The notes below the pieces were generated by a model. The model ran no database searches. It saw only the letters and a list, made by a program, of their open reading frames with translations, and was not told the origin of the DNA. DNA of 64,000 nucleotides, from NCBI RefSeq assembly GCF_009914755.1, contig NC_060925.1, one strand, 5' to 3'. Within the stretch, counting starts at the first letter, position 1, and every line of letters starts with the position of its first letter. A program made the translations under genes and the position numbers. Below, in pieces: positions 39,522 to 53,146 of this stretch. The DNA is from the human T2T-CHM13v2.0 reference genome, Homo sapiens.

Positions 39522-42500
39522 ATTGAATGGAATTGAATGGAATCATCGAATGGTCTCGATTGGAATCATTATCAAATGGAATCGAATGGAATCACCGAAT
39601 AGAATCGAATGGAACAATCATCGAATGGACTCAAATGGAATTATCCTCCAATGGAATGGAATGGAATTATCGAATGCAATCGAATGGAATTATCGAATGC
39701 AATCGAATAGAATCATCGAATGGACTCGAATGGAATCATCGAATGGAATGGAATGGAACAGTCAATGAACTCGAATGGAATCATCATTGAATGGAATCGA
39801 ATGGAATCATCGAGTGGAATCGAATGGAATTATGATCAAATGGAATCGAATGTAATCATCATCAAATGGAATCAAAAATAACCATCATCAATTGGTATTG
39901 AATGGAATTGTCATCAAATGGAATTCAAAGGAATCATCATCAAATGGAACCGAATGGAATCCTCATTGAATGGAAATGAAAGGGGTCATCATCTAATGGA
40001 ATCGCATGGAATCATCATCAAATGGAATCGAATGGAATCACCATCAAATGGAATCTAATGGAATCATTGAACAGAATTGAATGGAATCGTCATCGAATGA
40101 ATTGAATGCAATCATCGAATGGTCTCGAATGGATTCATCTTCTAATGGAAAGGAATGGAATCATCGCATAGAATCGAATGGAATTATCATCGAATGGAAT
40201 CGAATGGTATCAACACCAAACGGAAAAAAACGGAATTATCGAATGGAATCGAAGAGAATCTTCGAACGGACCCTAATGGAATCATCTAATGGAATGGAAT
40301 GGAATAATCCATGGACTCGAATGCAATCATCATCGAATGGAATCGAATGGAATCATCGAATGGACTCGAATGGAATAATCATTGAACGGAATCGATTGGA
40401 ATCATCATCGGATGGAAACGAATGGAATCATCATCGAATGGAAATGAAAGGAGTCATCATCTAATGGAATTGCATGGAATCATCATAAAATGGAATCGAA
40501 TGGAATCAACATCAAATGGAATCAAATGGAATCATTGAACGGAATTGAATGGAATCGTCATCGAATGAATTGACTGCAATCATCCAATGGTCTCGAATGG
40601 AATCATCTTCAAATGGAATGGAATGGAATCATCGCATAGAATCGAATGGAATTATCATCGAATGGAATCGAAGGGAATCAACATCCAACGGAAAAAAACG
40701 GAATTATCGAATGGAATCGAAGAGAATCATCGAATGGACCCGAATGGAATCATGTAATGGAATGGAATGGAATAATCCATGGACTCGAATGCAATCATCA
40801 TCGAATGGAATCGAATGGAATCATCGAATGGACTCGAATGGAATAATCATTGAACGGAATCGAATGGAATCATCATCGGATGGAAATGAATGGAATCATC
40901 ATCGAATGGAATCGAATAGAATTATGGAATGAAATCCAGTGTGATCATCATCGAATGGACCCGAATGGAATCATCATCCAACGGAAGCTAATGGAATCAA
41001 CATCGAATGAATCAAATGGAAACACCATCGAATTGAAACGAATGGAATTATCATGAAATTGAAATGGATGGACTCATCATCGAATGGATTCGAATGGAAT
41101 CATCGAATAAAATTGATTGAAATCATCATCGAATGGAATCGAATGGTATCATTGAATGGAATCGAATGGAATCATCATCAGATGGAAATGAATGGAATCG
41201 TCATAGAATGGAATCGAATGGATTCATTGAATGGAATCAGATGGAATCATCGAATGGACTGGAATGGAATCATTGAATGGACTCGATAGGGATCATTATT
41301 GAATGGAATTGAATGGAATCATCGAATGGTCTCGATTGGAATCATTATCAAATGGAATCGAATGGAATCACCGAATAGAATCGAATGGAACAATCATCGA
41401 ATGGACTCAAATGGAATTATCCTCAAATGGAATCGAATGGAATTATCGAATGCAATCGAATGGAATTATCGAATGCAATCGAATAGAATCATCGAATGGA
41501 CTCGAATGGAATCATCGAATAGAATGGAATAGAACAGTCAATGAACTCGAATGGAATCATCATTGAATGGAATCGAATGGAATCATCGAGTGGAATCGAA
41601 TGGAATTATGATCAAATGGAATCGAATGTAATCATCATCAAATGGAATCAAAAATAACCATCATCAATTGGTATTGTATGGAATTGTCATCAAATGGAAT
41701 TCAAAGGAATCATCATCAAATGGAACCGAATGGAATCCTCATTGAATGGAAATGAAAGGGGTCATCATCTAATGGAATCGCATGGAATCATCATAAAATG
41801 GAATCGAATGGAATCAACATCAAATGGAATCAAATGGAATCATTGAACGGAATTGAATGGAATCGTCATCGAATGAATTGGATGCAATCATCGAATGGTC
41901 TCGAATGGAATCTTCTTCAAATGGAATGGAATGGAATCATCGCATAGAATCGAATGGAATTATCATCGAATGGAATCGAATGGAATCAACATCAAACGGA
42001 AAAAAACGGAATTATCGAATGGAATCGAAGAGAATCATCGAATGGACCCGAATGGAATCATCTAATGGAATGGAATGGAATAATCCATGGACTCGAATGC
42101 AATCATCATCGAATGGAATCGAATGGAATCATCGAATGAACTCGAATGGAATCATCATTGAATGGAATCGAATGGAATCATCGAGTGGAATCGAATGGAA
42201 TTATGATCAAATGGAATCGAATGTAATCATCATCAAATGGAATCAAAAATAACCATCATCAATTGGTATTCAATGGAATTGTCATCAAATGGAATTCAAA
42301 GGAATCATCATCAAATGGAACCGAATGGAATCCTCATTGAATGGAAATGAAAGGGGTCATCATCTAATGGAATCACATGGAATCATCATCAAATGGAATC
42401 GAATGGAATCTTCATCAAATGGAATCTAATGGAATCATTGAACAGAATTGAATGGAATCGTCATCGAATGAATTGAATGCAATCATCGAATGGTCTCGAA

Positions 42501-45500
42501 TGGAATCATCTTCTAATGGAAAGGAATGGAAACATCGCATAGAATCGAATGGAATTATCATCGAATGGAATCGAATGGTATCAACATCAAACGGAAAAAA
42601 ACGGAATTATCGAAAGGAATCGAAGAGAATCTTCGAACGGACCCGAATGGAATCATCTAATGGAATGGAATGGAATAATCCATGGACTCGAATGCAATCA
42701 TCATCGAATGGAATCGAATGGAATCATCGAATGGACTCGAATGGAATAATCATTGAACGGAATCGAATGGAATCATCATCGGATGGAAATGAATGGAATC
42801 ATCATCGAATGGAATCGAATAGAATTATGGAATGAAATCCAGTGTGATCATCATCGAATGGACCCGAATGGAATCATCATCCAACAGAAGCTAATGGAAT
42901 CAACATCGAATGAATCGAATGGAAACACCATCGAATTCAAACGAATGGAATTACCATGAAATTGAAATGGATGGACTCATCATCGAATGGATTCGGATGG
43001 AATCATCGAATAAAATTGATTGAAATCATCATCGAATGAAATCGAATGGTATCATTGAATGGAATCGAATGGAATCATCATCAGATGGAAATGAATGGAA
43101 TCGTCATAGAATGGAATCGAATGGATTCATTGAATGGAATCAGATGGAATCATCGAATGGACTGGAATGGAATCATTGAATGGACTCGAAAGGGATCATG
43201 ATTGAATGGAATTGAATGGAATCATCGAATGGTCTCGATTGGAATCATTATTAAATGGAATCGAATGGAATCACCGAATAGAATCGAATGGAACAATCAT
43301 CGAATGGACTCAAATGGAATTATCCTTAAATGGAATCGAATGGAATTATCGAATGCAATCGAATAGAATCATCGAATGGACTCGAATGGAATCATCGAAT
43401 GGAATGGAATGGAACAGTCAATGAACTCGAATGGAATCATCATTGAATGGAATCGAATGGAATCATCGAGTGGAATCGAATGGAATTATGATCAAATGGA
43501 ATCGAATCTAATCATCATCAAATGGAATCAAAAATAACCATCATCAATTGGTATTGAATGGAATTGTCATCAAATGGAATTCAAAGGAATCATCATCAAA
43601 TGGAACCGAATGGAATCCTCATTGAATGGAAATGAAAGGGGTCATCATCTAATGGAATCGCATGGAATCATCATCAAATGGAATCGAATGGAATCATCAT
43701 CAAATGGAATCTAATGGAATCATTGAACAGAATTGAATGGAATCGTCATCGAATGAATTGAATGCAATCATCGAATGGTCTCGAATGGAATCATCTTCTA
43801 ATGGAAAGGAATGGAATCATCGCTTAGAATCGAATGGAATTATCATCGAATGGAATCGAATGGTATCAACACCAAACGGAAAAAAACGGAATTATCGAAT
43901 GGAATCGAAGAGAATCTTCGAACGGACCCAAATGGAATCATCTAATGGAATGGAATGGAATAATCCATGGACTCGAATGCAATCATCATCGAATGGAATC
44001 GAATGGAATCATCGAATGGACTCGAATGGAATAATCATTGAACGGAATCGAATGGAATCATCATCGGATGGAAACGAATGGAATCATCATCGAATGGAAA
44101 TGAAAGGAGTCATCATCTAATGGAATTGCATGGAATCATCATAAAATGGAATCGAATGGAATCAACATCAAATGGAATCAAATGGAATCATTGAACGGAA
44201 TTGAATGGAATCGTCATCGAATGAATTGACTGCAATCATCGAATGGTCTCGAATGTAATCACATTCTAATGGAAAGGAATGGAATCATCGCATAGAATCG
44301 AATGGAATTAACATTGAATGGACTCGAATGGAATCAACATCAAACGGAATCAAGCGGAATTATCGAATGGAATCGAAGAGAATCATCGAATGGTCTCGAA
44401 TGGAATCATCTTCTAATGGAAAGGAATGGAATCATCGCATAGAATCGAATGGAATTAACATTGAATGGACTCGAATGGAATCAACATCAAATGGAATCAA
44501 GCGGAATTATCGAATGAAATCGAAGAGAATCATCGAATGGACTCGAATGGAATCATCTAATGGAATGGAATGGAATAATCCACGGACTCGAATGCAATCA
44601 TCATCGTATAGAATCGAATGGAATCATCGAATGGACTCGAATGGAATAATCATTGAACGGAAGCGAATGGAATCATCATCGGATGGAAACGAATGGAATC
44701 ATCATCGAATGGAAATGAAAGGAGTCATCATCTAATGGAATTGCATGGAATCATCATAAAATGGAATCGAATGGAATCAAAATCAAATGGAATCAAATGG
44801 AATCATTGAACGGAATTGAATGGAATCGTCATCGAATGAATTGACTGCAATCATCGAATGGTCTCGAATGGAATCATCTTCAAATGGAATGGAATGGAAT
44901 CATCGCATAGAATCGAATGGAATTATCATCGAATGGAATCGAATGGAATCAACATCAAACGGAAAAAAACGGAATTATCGAATGGAATCGAAGAGAATCA
45001 TCGAATGGACCCGAATGGAATCATCTAATGGAATGGAATGGAATAATCCATGGACTCGAATGCAATCATCATCGAATGGAATCGAATGGAATCATCGAAT
45101 GGACTCGAATGGAATAATCATTGAACGGAATCGAATGGAATCATCATCGGATGGAAATGAATGGAATCATCATCGAATGGAATCGAATAGAATTATGGAA
45201 TGAAATCCAGTGTGATCATCATCGAATGGACCCGAATGGAATCATCATCCAACGGAAGCTAATGGAATCAACATCGAATGAATCGAATGGAAACACCATC
45301 GAATTGAAACGAATGGAATTATCATGAAATTGAAATGGATGGACTCATCATCGGATGGATTCGAATGGAATCATCGAATAAAATTGATTGAAATCATCAT
45401 CCAATGGAATCGAATGGTATCATTGAATGGAATCGAATGGAATCATCATCAGATGGAAATGAATGGAATCGTCATAGAATGGAATCGAATGGATTCATTG

Positions 45501-45568
45501 AATGGAATCAGATGGAATCATCGAATGGACTGGAATGGAATCATTGAATGGACTCGAAAGGGATCATG
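39522..45568 (+). repeat. 6047-bp higher-order tandem duplication, copy 1 (1776+1903+2368; includes block C at 44092-44706)
   Basis: All landmarks recur at +6047, with private variants shared at 40274/46321, 41521/47568 and 41677/47724. Confidence 0.93.
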
Positions 45569-48500
45569 ATTGAATGGAATTGAATGGAATCATCGAATGG
45601 TCTCGATTGGAATCATTATCAAATGGAATCGAATGGAATCACCGAATAGAATCGAATGGAACAATCATCGAATGGACTCAAATGGAATTATCCTCCAATG
45701 GAATGGAATGGAATTATCGAATGCAATCGAATGGAATTATCGAATGCAATCGAATAGAATCATCGAATGGACTCGAATGGAATCATCGAATGGAATGGAA
45801 TGGAACAGTCAATGAACTCGAATGGAATCATCATTGAATGGAATCGAATGGAATCATCGAGTGGAATCGAATGGAATTATGATCAAATGGAATCGAATGT
45901 AATCATCATCAAATGGAATCAAAAATAACCATCATCAATTGGTATTGAATGGAATTGTCATCAAATGGAATTCAAAGGAATCATCATCAAATGGAACCGA
46001 ATGGAATCCTCATTGAATGGAAATGAAAGGGGTCATCATCTAATGGAATCGCATGGAATCATCATCAAATGGAATCGAATGGAATCACCATCAAATGGAA
46101 TCTAATGGAATCATTGAACAGAATTGAATGGAATCGTCATCGAATGAATTGAATGCAATCATCGAATGGTCTCGAATGGATTCATCTTCTAATGGAAAGG
46201 AATGGAATCATCGCATAGAATCGAATGGAATTATCATCGAATGGAATCGAATGGTATCAACACCAAACGGAAAAAAACGGAATTATCGAATGGAATCGAA
46301 GAGAATCTTCGAACGGACCCTAATGGAATCATCTAATGGAATGGAATGGAATAATCCATGGACTCGAATGCAATCATCATCGAATGGAATCGAATGGAAT
46401 CATCGAATGGACTCGAATGGAATAATCATTGAACGGAATCGATTGGAATCATCATCGGATGGAAACGAATGGAATCATCATCGAATGGAAATGAAAGGAG
46501 TCATCATCTAATGGAATTGCATGGAATCATCATAAAATGGAATCGAATGGAATCAACATCAAATGGAATCAAATGGAATCATTGAACGGAATTGAATGGA
46601 ATCGTCATCGAATGAATTGACTGCAATCATCCAATGGTCTCGAATGGAATCATCTTCAAATGGAATGGAATGGAATCATCGCATAGAATCGAATGGAATT
46701 ATCATCGAATGGAATCGAAGGGAATCAACATCCAACGGAAAAAAACGGAATTATCGAATGGAATCGAAGAGAATCATCGAATGGACCCGAATGGAATCAT
46801 GTAATGGAATGGAATGGAATAATCCATGGACTCGAATGCAATCATCATCGAATGGAATCGAATGGAATCATCGAATGGACTCGAATGGAATAATCATTGA
46901 ACGGAATCGAATGGAATCATCATCGGATGGAAATGAATGGAATCATCATCGAATGGAATCGAATAGAATTATGGAATGAAATCCAGTGTGATCATCATCG
47001 AATGGACCCGAATGGAATCATCATCCAACGGAAGCTAATGGAATCAACATCGAATGAATCAAATGGAAACACCATCGAATTGAAACGAATGGAATTATCA
47101 TGAAATTGAAATGGATGGACTCATCATCGAATGGATTCGAATGGAATCATCGAATAAAATTGATTGAAATCATCATCGAATGGAATCGAATGGTATCATT
47201 GAATGGAATCGAATGGAATCATCATCAGATGGAAATGAATGGAATCGTCATAGAATGGAATCGAATGGATTCATTGAATGGAATCAGATGGAATCATCGA
47301 ATGGACTGGAATGGAATCATTGAATGGACTCGATAGGGATCATTATTGAATGGAATTGAATGGAATCATCGAATGGTCTCGATTGGAATCATTATCAAAT
47401 GGAATCGAATGGAATCACCGAATAGAATCGAATGGAACAATCATCGAATGGACTCAAATGGAATTATCCTCAAATGGAATCGAATGGAATTATCGAATGC
47501 AATCGAATGGAATTATCGAATGCAATCGAATAGAATCATCGAATGGACTCGAATGGAATCATCGAATAGAATGGAATAGAACAGTCAATGAACTCGAATG
47601 GAATCATCATTGAATGGAATCGAATGGAATCATCGAGTGGAATCGAATGGAATTATGATCAAATGGAATCGAATGTAATCATCATCAAATGGAATCAAAA
47701 ATAACCATCATCAATTGGTATTGTATGGAATTGTCATCAAATGGAATTCAAAGGAATCATCATCAAATGGAACCGAATGGAATCCTCATTGAATGGAAAT
47801 GAAAGGGGTCATCATCTAATGGAATCGCATGGAATCATCATAAAATGGAATCGAATGGAATCAACATCAAATGGAATCAAATGGAATCATTGAACGGAAT
47901 TGAATGGAATCGTCATCGAATGAATTGGATGCAATCATCGAATGGTCTCGAATGGAATCTTCTTCAAATGGAATGGAATGGAATCATCGCATAGAATCGA
48001 ATGGAATTATCATCGAATGGAATCGAATGGAATCAACATCAAACGGAAAAAAACGGAATTATCGAATGGAATCGAAGAGAATCATCGAATGGACCCGAAT
48101 GGAATCATCTAATGGAATGGAATGGAATAATCCATGGACTCGAATGCAATCATCATCGAATGGAATCGAATGGAATCATCGAATGAACTCGAATGGAATC
48201 ATCATTGAATGGAATCGAATGGAATCATCGAGTGGAATCGAATGGAATTATGATCAAATGGAATCGAATGTAATCATCATCAAATGGAATCAAAAATAAC
48301 CATCATCAATTGGTATTCAATGGAATTGTCATCAAATGGAATTCAAAGGAATCATCATCAAATGGAACCGAATGGAATCCTCATTGAATGGAAATGAAAG
48401 GGGTCATCATCTAATGGAATCACATGGAATCATCATCAAATGGAATCGAATGGAATCTTCATCAAATGGAATCTAATGGAATCATTGAACAGAATTGAAT

Positions 48501-51500
48501 GGAATCGTCATCGAATGAATTGAATGCAATCATCGAATGGTCTCGAATGGAATCATCTTCTAATGGAAAGGAATGGAAACATCGCATAGAATCGAATGGA
48601 ATTATCATCGAATGGAATCGAATGGTATCAACATCAAACGGAAAAAAACGGAATTATCGAAAGGAATCGAAGAGAATCTTCGAACGGACCCGAATGGAAT
48701 CATCTAATGGAATGGAATGGAATAATCCATGGACTCGAATGCAATCATCATCGAATGGAATCGAATGGAATCATCGAATGGACTCGAATGGAATAATCAT
48801 TGAACGGAATCGAATGGAATCATCATCGGATGGAAATGAATGGAATCATCATCGAATGGAATCGAATAGAATTATGGAATGAAATCCAGTGTGATCATCA
48901 TCGAATGGACCCGAATGGAATCATCATCCAACAGAAGCTAATGGAATCAACATCGAATGAATCGAATGGAAACACCATCGAATTCAAACGAATGGAATTA
49001 CCATGAAATTGAAATGGATGGACTCATCATCGAATGGATTCGGATGGAATCATCGAATAAAATTGATTGAAATCATCATCGAATGAAATCGAATGGTATC
49101 ATTGAATGGAATCGAATGGAATCATCATCAGATGGAAATGAATGGAATCGTCATAGAATGGAATCGTATGGATTCATTGAATGGAATCAGATGGAATCAT
49201 CGAATGGACTGGAATGGAATCATTGAATGGACTCGAAAGGGATCATGATTGAATGGAATTGAATGGAATCATCGAATGGTCTCGATTGGAATCATTATTA
49301 AATGGAATCGAATGGAATCACCGAATAGAATCGAATGGAACAATCATCGAATGGACTCAAATGGAATTATCCTTAAATGGAATCGAATGGAATTATCGAA
49401 TGCAATCGAATAGAATCATCGAATGGACTCGAATGGAATCATCGAATGGAATGGAATGGAACAGTCAATGAACTCGAATGGAATCATCATTGAATGGAAT
49501 CGAATGGAATCATCGAGTGGAATCGAATGGAATTATGATCAAATGGAATCGAATCTAATCATCATCAAATGGAATCAAAAATAACCATCATCAATTGGTA
49601 TTGAATGGAATTGTCATCAAATGGAATTCAAAGGAATCATCATCAAATGGAACCGAATGGAATCCTCATTGAATGGAAATGAAAGGGGTCATCATCTAAT
49701 GGAATCGCATGGAATCATCATCAAATGGAATCGAATGGAATCATCATCAAATGGAATCTAATGGAATCATTGAACAGAATTGAATGGAATCGTCATCGAA
49801 TGAATTGAATGCAATCATCGAATGGTCTCGAATGGAATCATCTTCTAATGGAAAGGAATGGAATCATCGCTTAGAATCGAATGGAATTATCATCGAATGG
49901 AATCGAATGGTATCAACACCAAACGGAAAAAAACGGAATTATCGAATGGAATCGAAGAGAATCTTCGAACGGACCCAAATGGAATCATCTAATGGAATGG
50001 AATGGAATAATCCATGGACTCGAATGCAATCATCATCGAATGGAATCGAATGGAATCATCGAATGGACTCGAATGGAATAATCATTGAACGGAATCGAAT
50101 GGAATCATCATCGGATGGAAACGAATGGAATCATCATCGAATGGAAATGAAAGGAGTCATCATCTAATGGAATTGCATGGAATCATCATAAAATGGAATC
50201 GAATGGAATCAACATCAAATGGAATCAAATGGAATCATTGAACGGAATTGAATGGAATCGTCATCGAATGAATTGACTGCAATCATCGAATGGTCTCGAA
50301 TGTAATCACATTCTAATGGAAAGGAATGGAATCATCGCATAGAATCGAATGGAATTAACATTGAATGGACTCGAATGGAATCAACATCAAACGGAATCAA
50401 GCGGAATTATCGAATGGAATCGAAGAGAATCATCGAATGGTCTCGAATGGAATCATCTTCTAATGGAAAGGAATGGAATCATCGCATAGAATCGAATGGA
50501 ATTAACATTGAATGGACTCGAATGGAATCAACATCAAATGGAATCAAGCGGAATTATCGAATGAAATCGAAGAGAATCATCGAATGGACTCGAATGGAAT
50601 CATCTAATGGAATGGAATGGAATAATCCACGGACTCGAATGCAATCATCATCGTATAGAATCGAATGGAATCATCGAATGGACTCGAATGGAATAATCAT
50701 TGAACGGAAGCGAATGGAATCATCATCGGATGGAAACGAATGGAATCATCATCGAATGGAAATGAAAGGAGTCATCATCTAATGGAATTGCATGGAATCA
50801 TCATAAAATGGAATCGAATGGAATCAAAATCAAATGGAATCAAATGGAATCATTGAACGGAATTGAATGGAATCGTCATCGAATGAATTGACTGCAATCA
50901 TCGAATGGTCTCGAATGGAATCATCTTCAAATGGAATGGAATGGAATCATCGCATAGAATCGAATGGAATTATCATCGAATGGAATCGAATGGAATCAAC
51001 ATCAAACGGAAAAAAACGGAATTATCGAATGGAATCGAAGAGAATCATCGAATGGACCCGAATGGAATCATCTAATGGAATGGAATGGAATAATCCATGG
51101 ACTCGAATGCAATCATCATCGAATGGAATCGAATGGAATCATCGAATGGACTCGAATGGAATAATCATTGAACGGAATCGAATGGAATCATCATCGGATG
51201 GAAATGAATGGAATCATCATCGAATGGAATCGAATAGAATTATGGAATGAAATCCAGTGTGATCATCATCGAATGGACCCGAATGGAATCATCATCCAAC
51301 GGAAGCTAATGGAATCAACATCGAATGAATCGAATGGAAACACCATCGAATTGAAACGAATGGAATTATCATGAAATTGAAATGGATGGACTCATCATCG
51401 GATGGATTCGAATGGAATCATCGAATAAAATTGATTGAAATCATCATCCAATGGAATCGAATGGTATCATTGAATGGAATCGAATGGAATCATCATCAGA

Positions 51501-51615
51501 TGGAAATGAATGGAATCGTCATAGAATGGAATCGAATGGATTCATTGAATGGAATCAGATGGAATCATCGAATGGACTGGAATGGAATCATTGAATGGAC
51601 TCGAAAGGGATCATG
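45569..51615 (+). repeat. 6047-bp higher-order tandem duplication, copy 2 (includes block C at 50139-50753); identity extends to 51742
   Basis: As for copy 1. The one mismatch I noticed is 43120 A versus 49167 T. Confidence 0.93.
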
Positions 51616-53146
51616 ATTGAATGGAATTGAATGGAATCATCGAATGGTCTCGATTGGAATCATTATCAAATGGAATCGAATGGAATCACCGAATAGAATC
51701 GAATGGAACAATCATCGAATGGACTCAAATGGAATTATCCTCAAATGGAATCGAATGGAATTATCGAATGCAATCGAATGGAATTATCGAATGCAATCGA
51801 ATAGAATCATCGAATGGACTCGAATGGAATCATCGAATGGAATGGAATGGAACAGTCAATGAACTCGAATGGAATCATCATTGAATGGAATCGAATGGAA
51901 TCATCGAGTGGAATCGAATGGAATTATGATCAAATGCAATCGAATGTAATCCTCATCAAATGGAATCAAAAATAACCATCATCAATTGGTATTGAATGGA
52001 ATTGTCATCAAATGGAATTCAAAGGAATCATCATCAAATGGAACCGAATGGAATCCTCATTGAATGGAAATGAAAGGGGTCATCATCTAATGGAATCGCA
52101 TGGAATCATCATCAAATGGAATCGAATGGAATCATCATCAAATGGAATCTAATGGAATCATTGAACAGAATTGAATGGAATCGTCATCGAATGAATTGAA
52201 TGCAATCATCGAATGGTCTCGAATGGAATCATCTTCTAATGGAAAGGAATGGAATCATCGCATAGAATCGAATGGAATTATCATCGAATGGAATCGAATG
52301 GTATCAACACCAAACGGAAAAAAACGGAATTATCGAATGGAATCGAAGAGAATCTTCGAACGGACCCGAATGGAATCATCTAATGGAATGGAATGGAATA
52401 ATCCATGGACTCGAATGCAATCATCATCGAATGGAATCGAATGGAATCATCGAATGGACTCGAATGGAATAATCATTGAACGGAATCGAATGGAATCATC
52501 ATCGGATGGAAACGAATGGAATCATCATCGAATGGAAATGAAAGGAGTCATCATCTAATGGAATTGCATTTAATCATCATAAAATGGAATCGAATGGAAT
52601 CAACATCAAATGGAATCAAATGGAATCATTGAACGGAATTGAATGGAATCGTCATCGAATGAATTGACTACAATCACCGAATGATCTCGAATGGAATCAT
52701 CTTCAAATGGAATGGAATGGAATCATCGCATAGAATCGAATGGAATTATCATCGAATGGAATCGAATGGAATCAACATCAAACGGAAAAAAACAGAATTA
52801 TCGTATGGAATCGAAGAGAATCATCGAATGGACCCGAATGGAATCATCTAATGGAATGGAATGGAATAATCCATGGACTCGAATGCAATCATCATCGAAT
52901 GGAATCGAATGGAATCATCGAATGGACTCGAATGGAATAATCATTGAACGGAATCGAATGGAATCATCATCGGATGGAAATGAATGGAATCATCATCGAA
53001 TGGAATCGAATAGAATTATGGAATGAAATCCAGTGTGATCATCATCGAATGGACCCGAATGGAATCATCATCCAACGGAAGCTAATGGAATCAACATCGA
53101 ATGAATCGAATGGAAACACCATCGAATTGAACCGAATGGAATTATC

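Noticed and set aside
39522-51615. 6047-bp repeat as the ~6-kb chr16-type HSat2B unit
   Set aside because: It decomposes exactly into local 1776+1903+2368 units and occurs only twice, so the size similarity appears coincidental.
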